Part shown: positions 1-14,843 of the stretch, in pieces | Numbering within the stretch: the stretch's first letter is position 1 | Layout of the letters: each line of letters opens with the position of its first letter | Origin: Eledone cirrhosa | Lineage: Eukaryota | NCBI GenBank assembly: GCA_964016885.1 | Contig: OZ024745.1 | Coordinates: 130,634,001-130,698,000, forward strand | Direction: 5' to 3' | Length of the DNA: 64,000 nucleotides | Program-made: the position numbers and the translations under genes | Notes under the pieces: model-generated | The model's database searches: none | The model's input: the letters and a program-made list of their open reading frames with translations, nothing else | What the model was told of the DNA's origin: nothing

Positions 1-234
1 CAGACAGATATTATAAGGGCGCGACGTTCGGAGCCTAATGCGGTCCCTAGGACATGGAAAATTTGAAATATGTTTTGCTCAAAACACTCACAGGACCATA
101 AATATTACATGTGTAAAGTTTGAAAACAATCGGTTGGGTGGCTCTAGAGTTTTATGAGTGACACAGATAAATAGATATGGAGTTGTTGAATGTGTGTGTA
201 GATAAATATATATATATACATTTATATATATATA

Positions 235-299
235 TTTCGTTTCTGAATTTGTTTAGCAAGATTCTTTATTGGCAACATGACCCTCCCAAAGTATAACAA

Positions 300-302
<3 letters not shown>
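235..302. mobile_element. Mini-copy of TA-embedded family E (two pieces in opposite orientation)
   Basis: 235-270 matches 54714-54746 (TTCGTTTCTGAATTTGTTTAGCAAGATTCTTTAT); 266-302 matches 55381-55417 (TTATTGGCAACATGACCCTC..AAAGTATAACAATAT); TA tracts on both sides. Confidence 0.75.
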
Positions 303-351
<49 letters not shown>

Positions 352-567
352 GTGTGGGAGGCTTAAAGCAGTGGAACCTCTGCTTCATAGAATCGAGACG
401 TATCTGAGGATGTTGCGATTTCAGAGTATGGTTCGATCATTACATCAATCATGCTTCGAGCTGGTCGTCAGAGAAACGATTGTAATATGTCTAATAAATG
501 TTATTCGTCGCAACACTAATTCTCCGTTTCTTATGGCCTCAGCCGGATGGCTGAAACAGGTAAAAGA

Positions 568-611
<44 letters not shown>

Positions 612-942
612 CTATATACTAAAGCTGGTCACAATATATATATCTATATACTAAAGCTGGTCATAATGAAGAGATATAGTGCTGGTATTCTGTTGAAATT
701 ACTACTTTCCATATAAGGAATATATTCGTTATCTCCTACGAGTGCAGCAGTCTGATGTTTTATGCATTGCCCTGGAACTACGCGTTCATTATGTACAGTA
801 TTTTGTATACTTTGATTATGTAACGACTTAAGACCCGGGGTTAAATGACAGTCGGAATAGTTTTATGTCAGTTGAAATTATTATTAAACATAATATTTAT
901 AATATTCTATATTTTCTTCTTAACATTCTTCAATTTTTTAAA

Positions 943-1129
943 TAATTGTTTCTACTTTTGGCACAAGGCCAGCAATTATTCCCGTGCATTACTGGTACTT
1001 TATTTTATCGACCCCGTAAGGATGAAAGGCAAAGTTAACCACGGCGGGATTTGAACTCAGATCATAAAGGGCCGTAACTCTATCCTACAAAGCATGGTGT
1101 CCGACTCTCTGCCAATACGGCCAATTCAC
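943..1129 (-). mobile_element. tRNA-derived SINE (SINE-M, Meta-domain-like)
   Basis: Reverse complement of the consensus seen about 20 times: A-box TGGCAGTATCGG, B-box GAGTTCAAATCCC, body GCCTTTCATCCTTACGGGGTCGATAAAATAAAGTACCAG, tail GTAGAAACAATTATT. Confidence 0.85.
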
Positions 1130-1489
1130 TTTTAAATAATATTTTGTGTTACCTAGATTTCTGGCAAAGTAATGAAAATAAAATCCATTTTCCTGACGGC
1201 AGAATATACATTCTTCTAAATATTGTATAAGAGTAACCTAGAAAGATGGGACATTGTTTTCTGTTTTCATTGCTTAATGTTCCATGGTACATAGGAGAGT
1301 AACTGAGGGGGACAATAGTGCATTTGCAAAGGGATCATATTACCTGAGCTGGACAAGTGTCGACGGCCTTGTACCCCTTGGATGATGTGTTATGAGCTGC
1401 AGTTGCTGACATAGAAGTAACACGGTTCGTGGACTTCAAAACGGTAAACAAGCCGGTGAAGGAAGGTATATGTTTAATGAATCTAAAGT

Positions 1490-1870
1490 CTAATGTCTGT
1501 CTCAAGCCAGGAGACTCGTCAGGCCGGTACTTATCCCTGTTTCGTGCCGTGGAGCGACTGAGAGTACAAGTCTCCCACCTGGATAGGACGCCAGTCTATC
1601 ACAGCGTTAAAGTCTGCCAAGAGCCAGGCGGCACGTCAGGCCGTTGCTTATCCCTGTTTCGTGGCGTGAAGCGACTGAGAGTACAAGTCTCCTCACACAA
1701 GAAGCCAATCCGTCGTAATTGCTGCTACTCATTTTCAGCTGAGTATACGGGAGCAACATAAAATGAAGTGTTTTGCTCGAGAACAAAACACACAACCCTA
1801 TCCATGAATTGAACCCACGACATTGTGTTCGTATGTCAAACAGCCTTACCACTAGGCCACATGCCTCCAC
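1490..1870 (-). mobile_element. tRNA-derived CORE-type SINE with duplicated 3' tail
   Basis: Minus strand begins TGGAGGCATGTGGCCTAGTGGTAAG (A-box), has a B-box-like GGTTCAATTC and CORE-like TTGTTCTCGAGCAAAACACTTCA; segment 1503-1575 is repeated at 1620-1692; homologous to 47690-47972. Confidence 0.75.
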
Positions 1871-1949
1871 ATTTAATGAATAGGAAAGTTAAAATGTGTT
1901 CTGTTATTAATTCTGGCAATATTACACAAATATAACCCTCTCCAAATAT

Positions 1950-2101
<152 letters not shown>

Positions 2102-2682
2102 GGAGAGAGAGAGAGAGAGAATGGGGAAAAGAGGGGGAGGGGGAAGAGAGACAGAGACAAAGAGAAAACGTAAAAGTGGGTATGATGAAGTCTACTGTTA
2201 TAGCGATTGTGTTGGTTTCTGGTGTTGGCAATGGCGACGCTGTTGACAATGGCGACGATGTCGTCATCACTTCGTTATATTTCTCGTATTTACAAGACCA
2301 CACGTGACCTATTGGGTCACGTTTACTACGAAATATTTTTTAAAAATCATGTTCACTTAAAAATAATGTTTAAATAATTAAAATATATAGATATGTATAT
2401 AAATGAAACTGGAAGACCCATATATATAGGTGTGTGTATGTATATATATAAATGTGTGAGTTTGTATACGTATATATATGTATGTGTGTGTATATATATA
2501 TATGTCATTGTCTGTGATCTATATACACTGATCATAGACACACACACACACATATACACACACACATATATATACTGTATATATATATATATATATATAC
2601 ACAACAACACCAACAGCTCTCTCTCTCTTCCATTCTCATTCTCTGTCTCCTCTCCTTCTCTCGATGTCTCTCTTTCAATCTA

Positions 2683-2763
<81 letters not shown>

Positions 2764-3387
2764 TCTCTCTGTTTATGAAGATACCTGGAAAAACCACGTA
2801 TCTCGGGAACCTGTGCTTCGATTTATGCGAAACTTGTTTTATTTCATTTGTATTCATTTTAGGGGCAACTTCCTTTCAAAGTATTTTCCAATTATGCGCC
2901 ATTTTGGCTGTATTACATTACAGACAAGCAAACAAGGAAGCAATCACACAATTTTAGTAATATAAATATTGAAGATGTGTAAAATTTGGCCAAAATACTT
3001 AAATGTATACAACATATCAATGCTTCCCCACCATAAATATGAGAATTTATCATGCTTACTAGTATCTTACTTAAATAAGTTTAGATGTTTTCTTCGTGGA
3101 TATCTTTACTTTTTACTGTATATTATTCTGTCAATTACTAAAAGCTTTGAAACGTTAGCTGATATTCAAATTGAAAAATGGTAATCTCAGTATGTTGCAG
3201 TAACTTTTTTAATCTATCCCCGTATTTTATATATATTTCATATTGTAGAGAATCATTTCTGCGTGGACAACTAGTAATTTTTTTTATTTTCCTATTATTG
3301 TTAAGTTCGGAAGTGTTTCTTAGACTTTCGTTCGAAAAAATTCAGTTCATCATCTATCGATTTCACATACAGCCACCCAGGATCTAT

Positions 3388-3545
<158 letters not shown>

Positions 3546-4972
3546 CATGTGTGCTGTGTGCATGTGTGCATGTGTGGGGGGTGATAGCGTGTGTATGTAT
3601 GTATGCATGTATATATATATATATAAAGCTAAGTATGTATATATATATTTATATATATACCTATATATATATATACCTATATATATATATATACCTATTC
3701 GCGTGTGTGCTTGTGTGTGTTTTGTACGGTTTGCATGTTTGCATGAACCCCTGTGTGCATACAAAGATGCTTAATCTGCGCAAAACTCTCTGGTGGACCT
3801 GAAAGAAAAACTGCACACAGTGAACCTATCTTACGTTTTCCTTTGCACTTGAAAATTTTCCTAGTGGTGTATCTATACAAAAGTTCTCTGGTAGCTTTCA
3901 CAGAACATATCGAAGGTCAGTTCTGTTTTAATATGTTTTTTATCTCAAAATATATTGTTTAACAAACATGGTTCTGTGCTTGCTGTGCTAAATCAGACTA
4001 GCCACCATCCTGAGAAACATTGAATTAAGTTCTCTTTTATTCATCTGCATTGAAGAAGCATGTTTTCTTCATTGCTTAAGGGTCTAACGAGAAGAGATCA
4101 TGTTGTATGTTCTATGATCTGATACTGAATTGGTTTTGTTTCGTTTGACCGTTTCTTTAATAGTTCCTGGTAGATATGAAAATAAACAAGAGAACATTCA
4201 ACGGCAACAGGATTAAACAACATACGCACAACTTTTTTATAGTGAGATATTGCTGCACACATTGTGGAGTAGAGATTTGGTGCCGAACATTAAAGATGAA
4301 TAAGAAATCGGGCAAATGAATGTACGAAGACTGACAATGCATATATATATCTTCTATTCGCCACAAATGTCCATTTTTAATCGATTTCATTCCTAACACA
4401 ATGCTATTACTAATCATTTGATTCATACAAATCATGCTTTATGCAGCTTCATGAGAGAGAACATTTATATATGTATGTGTGTGACTATTTGAGTGTCTGT
4501 GTGTCTGTGTGTATACATGCATGTGTGTGTGTGTGTATGCGTGCATGTATGCGTGCATGTATGCGTGCATGTTTTGTGCGTTTTTGTACGTGTGTGTGTG
4601 GTAATAGTGTGTTTTGATGAATTGGAAACGGCGTATGTTTAAGGCATTCTGGCACGAAAGGGATTAAATTAGTGAGAACCCTGTTTCACCAAGAAACAAG
4701 ACAAACCCAGCCGATACCTCTGATTAAGAGGGAAGGGTCTAATCTAGGCTATAGCTTTACCGGGTTTTCATGTACTCCCAACTATGTCTACTTTTTGTAT
4801 AAATACGTTTATTTTAGTATGGAAATATAAAAAGGCATTAGCCTTTTATTCTTAGTTTAGCGAATAATAAATGTAAGTTAACTTGATGAACAAACAAATC
4901 ATAAAGTAAACTGCAAATGTCTCGCACAAAGTGTATATATGTTGTAACTCACCAGTATTATATAATACAGGT

Positions 4973-5101
4973 GGTAGATTGGTAGTATCGGTAGAGCGTC
5001 AGACACTATGCTTTGCAGCATAGTTACGGCCCTTTACGTTCTGAGTTCAAATCCCACCGAGGTTAACTTTGTCTTTCATCTTTACAGGGTTGATAAAATA
5101 C
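4973..5101 (+). mobile_element. SINE-M, 3'-truncated
   Basis: A-box, B-box and start of body present. Confidence 0.8.
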
Positions 5102-5304
5102 CAATTTAACTGTATTTACAGTAAATTGGTATAACTTATACCGTATAAGTGCCTGTTACTTGTTGAGATTTACTATGTACCGTATATGTTTATAATGAAT
5201 ACATATTCATTTTGAAGAAAATGGCTGATGTTTCTAAAATATTTGTTTGCATTGCTTTGAAATTGAAACATTTACGTCTTGTAAAAGTTTTGTAAGCTTC
5301 TTAT

Positions 5305-5545
5305 TTCTTCTGCTTCCTCGCCTACCTACGAGAGGGTCGTGGGGAGCAGAGTCCTCAAACACAGTGGTTTCTGTCTGACTGAAGCAACCGTCTCCAACTG
5401 ATCCAGATGGATACCCAAGTGAGACCAGCCAAGTTCATGGATTTTATCTAACCATCTTGCCCGGAGTATCCCTCTTGGTCTCCTGTTGGTTGGTTTTGCC
5501 CGTAAAATCTGTCCAATGATCTTGTAAGCTATTCTAGAAATACAC
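5305..5545 (-). mobile_element. RTE-clade LINE 3' fragment
   Basis: Translation ILRAKPTNRRPRGILRARWLDKIHELGWSHLGI; homologous to 22270-22712. Confidence 0.75.
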
Positions 5546-5736
5546 AAAAACTTTTAAATTCTCTTTACATTTATCATTTATTGTTATGCGGTGACAAAAT
5601 TCTTGTTGTATTCTTTGAGACGTGGTCAATGACAACATTCCACGGTGTAATTTCTAGATGTATCCCCCTCTGAAGAAAAGTACAAGAAGAAAAACTACGA
5701 TATAGACATTCTCAGTTCCATTATTTATCTTATTGT

Positions 5737-5840
5737 GCCGAGGTTGACTTTGCCTTTCATCCTTACGGGGTCGATAAAATAAAGTACCAGTAATGCACTG
5801 GGTATTTGCTGGCCTTGTGCCTAAAGTAGAAACAATTATT
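5737..5840 (+). mobile_element. SINE-M, 5'-truncated
   Basis: Body and tail match consensus. Confidence 0.8.
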
Positions 5841-6473
5841 TATCTTATTGTTAAGTAACATTAAAAACAATCTCCCTCTCCCAATTCTTCTAAAAATGTT
5901 ACTAATTTCATTCATAATAAAATCAAATTAGTTCCTTTGCTTTATAACTTTAATTCATTTATTTAGTTACTTACCTATCTTATTCTTATGTTCACCTCAC
6001 AGTTATATTCCATTTTCAACATATTTTATTGAATTTTATTAATATTTTTTTCATTATTTATTAGAGAAGTCTACAACGTAATGTAATTAAATATAATATT
6101 TAACAGCTGACTCGAAATTATCAAATTTTAATTATTTTAACAAGGTTCAAGACGTATTCAAATATTTGATGTGTCTATGTACATATATGTATTGAGAGTC
6201 AAGTGGTTTTTACATATATATTTTTACAAATGAAATAATGGTAAATCAAAAAGGAAACATTTATTTTCTGTTAGATTTCGTCAGATTGTTTTGTTTGTTT
6301 TTGTTTTTTTTTGCTTGTGTGCTTTTTTTTTTTGGTTATCATATTACTAAAATAAAAGGAAAACATGGAGTGTGATCTCCTGTTGAGATGTAAGTATGTT
6401 TGTGTATGTAACTATGTATATGTGTGTCTGAAAATACAAAAATACTCGCAAACACGCACACACACACACAGAC

Positions 6474-6511
<38 letters not shown>

Positions 6512-6732
6512 TTATATTTCTATGTATATGTTTGCATATATAGAGAAATAGATAGATTGATAAAAATATATATATATTTAGAGAGAATGAGAGATGGAGA
6601 GAGAGAGATCTATAGATAGATAGATAGATAGATAGATACATACATACATACATACATACATACATACATACATACATACATACATACATACATACATACA
6701 TACATACATACATACATACATACATACATACA

Positions 6733-7290
6733 TGGTGGCTTGTAACTCATTTTCGAGTACGGCCACTACTTTATATCCATGTAGGAGAACCCCTACCGAT
6801 GCGCTGAACGAGTGTAACTTTTTAGTCCAGCCAGCGACTTGAAAACTCTGGTACAAACACTACACTTGTGACAATTATTGACACATAGTGCTGGGCCCAT
6901 GGTACCATGTGACGATAAGTGCAGAGAGATCTCCAGATATAAAGCAATGCCTGTGCCGTGAAGCTTTTATAATGAGCAAAGGCACTGCACAAAGCCTGTC
7001 CCACTCTCTTAACCAAGATGATATGTACCAAAAAGAAGAACAAGTCAACATCATTGGGTACCATCAGGGCTGCAGGTGTTATATCAGAGTTTTCCTTCTC
7101 CTAGAATTCTGCCTTGACAAAGGCTAAGGGGTCATCTCTCCCGGTGATTTTGGATGGCCATTGACTCTTAAGAGCTCCTTTGCCCTTTGACAGGTTTTGT
7201 TTTTAGTCCTGTGGGATGTCCAAAGTCACCCTCCTCACCAAGAAAACTTGGTGGGGCTGCCAGTTTAGTCGCCAACGACCCGACCATGAG
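6733..7290 (-). mobile_element. Non-autonomous ~555-bp RTE-associated element, copy 1
   Basis: Near-identical to 61380-61928; flanked by (TACA)n; its 3' terminus resembles that of the RTE at 62096. Confidence 0.75.
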
Positions 7291-7366
7291 ACATACATAC
7301 ATACATACATACATACATACATACATACATACATACATACATACATACATACATACATACATACAT

Positions 7367-9300
7367 CTATTTTCACTGATAAAATAAAATATTGCAGGGG
7401 TATATTTCAGGGGGACAGACTCTCTGTGATATTATTCATCTTGTCATTAAACCCCTTGTCCTTTCTGATCAAGAAATGTGAGGGATACATCATTGGCTCA
7501 CAGGAGGAGAGAAATATGAACCTAACCCATAATTTCTTTGTGGACGATCTGAAACTCTATGCCAAGAACATGGATGGGATGAAGAAAAATCTTGACCTGG
7601 TTACATCGTTCTCAAAGGATATAGGAATGGAGTTTGGCCAAGATAAATACTCATACATGACTGTAAAGCGGGGGAAAACAACAACCCAATCTAGCAACAT
7701 TATCATCAATGGCCTAACTGTTTCACCGATATCTGATGAGAACTGCTACAGATACCTGGGGATAGATGAGAACATATCCTATAATGGTATCTGTAATAAG
7801 GAACGCGTAACCAGGAAATGCTACACCCGATTAGAAAAGATCTGGTCATCGGAACTCTCTGCGCAAAACAAAACAGTGGCTCACAATGTGTTTGCTGTGC
7901 CTGTCCTAACACCAACGTTTGGAATACTCAATTGGACGATAGACGAAATCCGAGCAGTTGATGTTGGAACTCGAAAAATACTGAACAACACCGGAAATTC
8001 CACATCAACAGTGACATAGACCGCCTTTACTTGAAACGTAAGCAGGGAGGCAGAGGCCTAACATGAGTCCAGACAACATTTGAATGTCGCATCATATCTC
8101 TCCGACAACATCTACGAACCTCGAAGCGTAGGAGCCCGTTTCTTCAGCAAGTCTAAGTGCATGAAACAGATAAGATCATGAGAGTTGGGAAGGAACTACT
8201 TGAGAGATATTCCCTTTGTGATAATCAAAAACTCACACCCAGGAATGTCGCTCAGCAGTATCGCAGTGAATCCATGGATGAAAAACTGCATGCCTATCAT
8301 CAAAAAATCATGCATGGATATGTTGCCAGGAAGCTCCAGAGTGAGAGTAATATAGATAAGGAAAGTAGTCTTGGACCAACAACCGCTATATTGGCTCCCA
8401 CTTTGAAGGATACCCTTTTGCAATCAAGGAACATGAAATATCTGATTCACAAAAGAGATAGGGATGCAGGCAAAACACCTAGATGTGATAACAAGTGCAG
8501 ACTCTGCAGAACTACCATCGAGGATATCACCCATGTCATCAGTAGCTATCCAAAGATGTCATCGCGGTACTATCTACCTATGAGGCATAATGTAGTGGCC
8601 AAAACACTGTACAATGCAGTGCGTAAAAAAGATAGCCCCGATAATAAACACATTAAAAGCTAGAACAATGTGGAAGACATCCATGTACATAATATGAAAG
8701 AGTACTGGTGGAATGTTCCAGTAAAAACCCCAATAAAATGCAGGCATGACAGACCAGATATTATGATATGGGACAGGGAGAAGAAAACATGCACAGTAGT
8801 GGAAATTAGCTGCCCAGAAGATGCCAATATAATATCAAAGATTAGCGAAAAGGAGAATATTTATGCAGAACTGATGAGAAATCTGCAGATACTCAACCCT
8901 GATTACACCTTCAGATTTATGTCTGTGATTATTGGGGCACTGGGATATGTTAGTAACTGTCTCAATACAAATCTTGAGAAGCTAGGCTTCACAGGAACAG
9001 AAAGAACACAACTAGTTAGGAAATTACAAGTACAATCCATTAATGGAACAGTAAAAATATGTAAAACATTCCAAATATTTTGCATCTAATAACTGCATAT
9101 ACACATGTACAGATACAAAGCATATACACATGCACACATACACATGCACACATACAATAACATCCATATCTACACATGCATGCATACATACATATCTACC
9201 TAGTTGATGTTGTGTAAATTCCAATGAGAGAGTCTTGTGTCTATGTTAGAAACCGACTCTCTCTCTATTGGTAAAACTTTGTGAAATTATAAAACCAGAA
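7367..9300 (+). mobile_element. 5'-truncated, decayed R4/Dong-like non-LTR retrotransposon (RT, zinc knuckle, restriction-like endonuclease)
   Basis: RT motifs [38 protein letters not shown]; CRLC..EDITHVISSYP..RHN (last Cys mutated); RPDIMIWD..VVEISCP..K..Y endonuclease; frameshifts near 8000 and 8375-8430, in-frame stops; ORF ends 9089; (ACAT)n on both flanks. Confidence 0.9.
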
Positions 9301-10162
9301 CATACATACATATAAATATGTGTGTGCTGTATGGGAGTGTGTGTACATGTTTCAATTTAGGTACTTATATACATAAATTTCTTGTATTGCGATTCTATTA
9401 TCAACTTTCACGTACTTTAACCTATTTAATTTATTCGTTTATTATACTGTTAATGTTGTTCATTTAAATTTGTTCTCTTTCGTGACAGAAATTATGAAAA
9501 TACAATTTGCTGAATGTCAATAAAAATTCAACTTTGTCATTAAAAAATATCTAGATAATAATCAAATTTAATATTCATTGGGTTAATTGTATTTTAGGTG
9601 ATAATTAGAAATATAACTTAATTAACAAGTCCAAAAGAACCCCGTCATCGACAGCGATATACTTTTCCAATAAATGTAATATTTTACATCATCTTGCTAT
9701 AAAATAAAACAAATTATGAGAAAATGTTGTAAGTAAATTAGAATGTGTAATTTATATTATATAATTAAATTTAAAATTATCGATTTTTAAACAGACAAAA
9801 GGACACAATAATTATGGAAAAGGGGAAGGAAGTGTATTCAGTAGTAATCTTGATTTTGTCGAGGGCACTAATTTCCCATGCAAACCGATGAAATGTCGGT
9901 AACTACGAATCGAAAACATATCTAGCTACTAACGAAATTTCATTTGGATTTGAGAGCGCTTGCTTTGAACATTAACGATTTTGATAATATCAATTTATAA
10001 CTTGGCAGGAGGTCGTACAATAATTTTGTTTTGCACGAAAGAACAATTGTTTAAATACTCCTTACTAGATCTCAGAAGGTTAAAAGGAAAACTAATCCTT
10101 ATCTAGATTTCAACTGAGAATAATGAGGAACGGAATTAAATTTTTTCAAGTCTATAATCAAG

Positions 10163-10278
10163 CACTCGATAGTGCGTAGCTCGGAGATCTGTGCGTGACT
10201 CGAGGTTGAGCCACTACTTCTCCAAACTGAGAGATTACAGCTCCGATACTATGGCACGTGGTTAGAATGTCTCAGGAA
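10163..10278 (+). mobile_element. RTE LINE internal fragment
   Basis: Reverse-complement match to 22505-22620 (GTAGCTCGGAGATC...GAGCCACTACTTCTCCAAA...GGTTAGAATGTC). Confidence 0.7.
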
Positions 10279-10813
10279 TGACAGCGAGATATTAGCACTG
10301 AATGCAAAGGATGTGCGAAAGCTAGAAAGAAATGAAATGTTAGTGGATGAGAGTGTATATCAAAAACAAGGAAACATTGAGTTGAGAGAAGAACAACTGA
10401 CAAAGAAAGATCAGATATGATGTGCAGGAGAGAGGGTTGCACTGGTATCGACATGTAATGATGGCAGCTGGGTAAATTCGTAGGGTATCGGCAAAATTGT
10501 TGGAAGCTGACGGAACGAGGTGAATCTTACAAACGAGATGACAAAGGAACGTGAAAAACGGTGAAACACGATATTGGATAGAATGCCGCATGGAATAACA
10601 AGATGGTAATGAAGATGATGGAGGTAGTAGAGGTATTGATGTTAGAGGTGGTAGTCGTGGTAGTCGTCATCGTGATGGTACTGGTGTTGGTGCGGCTGAT
10701 GGTGCTGGTATATGATCATGACAAGAATGTGTATTTACCTGAGGTTAAAATGTCTGGTTCATACATATATATGTGTGTGTGTACTATTCTCCCCCCCCCC
10801 CCCATCTCTCTCA

Positions 10814-10929
<116 letters not shown>

Positions 10930-11109
10930 AAGTTTATCCCAGGTTCAATCAGGGGTAACCACAGTAAGTAAGGTACTCAATACATTCTCCAGAATGAAAC
11001 AGTTCCAGTCCTGTTGAAGCCATTTCTATATTAAATATATATATATATGTATGTGTGTGTGTGTGTATGTGCGTGTGTGTGTGTGTGTGTATTTATATAT
11101 GTTTGTATG

Positions 11110-11159
<50 letters not shown>

Positions 11160-11181
11160 CACATATATATATCTACACACC

Positions 11182-11264
<83 letters not shown>

Positions 11265-11763
11265 TTGTGTGTGTGTCTGTGTATGTATAACTACTCATAT
11301 AAGTACCTCTTCGTTGTTTCCCCTCATACACAATGTACCGACCAACTAGAGAAAATGTACGACTGAATACAGTTAAATAGATGCTACTAAAAGATCTTAA
11401 TGTCATTTTTAAGAAATCATCAATACAATGTAGGTCTCTAGGGCTCTGTGGGAGATTTGCCCCCACGTAAAGTAAAGATGTTTGGAAATTGCAACATCAA
11501 AGGTATCAGCGGTTTTCTTGATCCCTGTTCTGATATTTCGGATAGAGATGCATTTGGAAGAGAAAATGATGTAATCATCCATTCTGTCCTTATACAATAG
11601 AACTCATCAGAATGTTCCATTCGTTCATTGGCTGTCGGGTAAGCATAGGAGAACAGCATACACATACGTATTCATAAAGGCAATTGCACAAATCCTTTCA
11701 AACATCTACACTCATACAGAAATATATTAAACATGCATACACTGGTCCAGTTCGTTGTGTGAG

Positions 11764-11890
<127 letters not shown>

Positions 11891-11907
11891 GTGTGTATAT
11901 ATGTGTG

Positions 11908-11938
<31 letters not shown>

Positions 11939-12279
11939 TGAGATACGTATATATGTATGTAAATATATATGTATATATGTATGTACGTATGTATCATTGT
12001 ATGTACCTATGTATGTATGTACGTATGCATGTATGTATATACGTATGTATGTATGTACGTATGATGTACGTATGCATGTATGTATGTATGTACGTATGTA
12101 TATGTCTGTCTGTTTGTATGTATGTATGTATGTATGTATGTATGTACGTATGTATGTATGTATGTATGTACGTATGCATGTATGTATGCATGTATGTAAT
12201 TGCTTGTGTATGTATCATCAGTTATGCTGCATGCTCGAAGACATAGCATATTAGTCGTGCGCAGACATACACCTTCATC

Positions 12280-13925
<1,646 letters not shown>

Positions 13926-13926
13926 A

Positions 13927-14530
13927 GAATAGAATAAAACGTAATTTCATTTCTCACTCTTAGTACGGCACTTACTTAAATGTAAGTATGTATGTATGTA
14001 TACGTACATACATATATGTATACAGACGTACAGTAGTATGTATATATATACATACATGCACACATATATATATGCACGTATCGGTGTACCGAACATTTAT
14101 TATAATGCTAGGTTTGTTTGTTTGTAAACAAACAAACAGCCCGAATTACGCCGTACAGTGTTTAAGCAACCACGTCACCTTTTTGTTCAACACTGACACA
14201 GGAACGATGTACTGGTTTCAAGCTTATTAGCTATCGTCAGCTTCGTATACCTTCCTGCCAGATGGTTGAACGTCTGAAAGTATATACTTTCCTTATGCAT
14301 AATAACGGCTGAGCAGCCTAATTTGCATATCGAGTGAGTTCAGTCGGTCGGACACACCGAAAACGATAAATGGAATAGAATGAAACGAAATTTCATTTCT
14401 CACTCTTAGTACGGTAAACCGATACGTGCATATATATATATATATATATGTGTGTCTGCATGTATGTATATATATATATACATACTACTGTACGTCTGTA
14501 TACATATATGTATGTACGTATAGATACATA
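13927..14530 (-). mobile_element. Family A hammerhead-bearing element: ~446-bp unit with terminal redundancy plus an inverted piece
   Basis: 13927-13968 is repeated directly at 14373-14414; 14412-14522 is the reverse complement of about 13998-14091; homologous to 56461-56783 and 35298-35395; TA tracts on both sides. Confidence 0.8.
14193..14261 (-). ncRNA. Minimal type-I hammerhead ribozyme motif (family A)
   Basis: Minus strand ACGAAG-CTGACGA-T-AGCT-AATA-AGCT-T-GAAA-CCAG-TA/CATCGT; stem I has one mismatch. Confidence 0.7.
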
Positions 14531-14558
14531 CATATTCATATATATATATATATATCTA

Positions 14559-14603
<45 letters not shown>

Positions 14604-14670
14604 TATATATAAGATATATATATATTATATATTCATTTATATATAATATATATATATATATTATATATTC

Positions 14671-14760
<90 letters not shown>

Positions 14761-14805
14761 TATATAATATATATATATAATATATATATATAATATATAT
14801 TCATT

Positions 14806-14837
<32 letters not shown>

Positions 14838-14843
<6 letters not shown>

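Noticed and set aside
1-175. Helentron/DINE-like fragment, and Helitron-like TCTATATACTAAA duplicate at 608-665
   Set aside because: Only vague resemblance; diagnostic termini not visible
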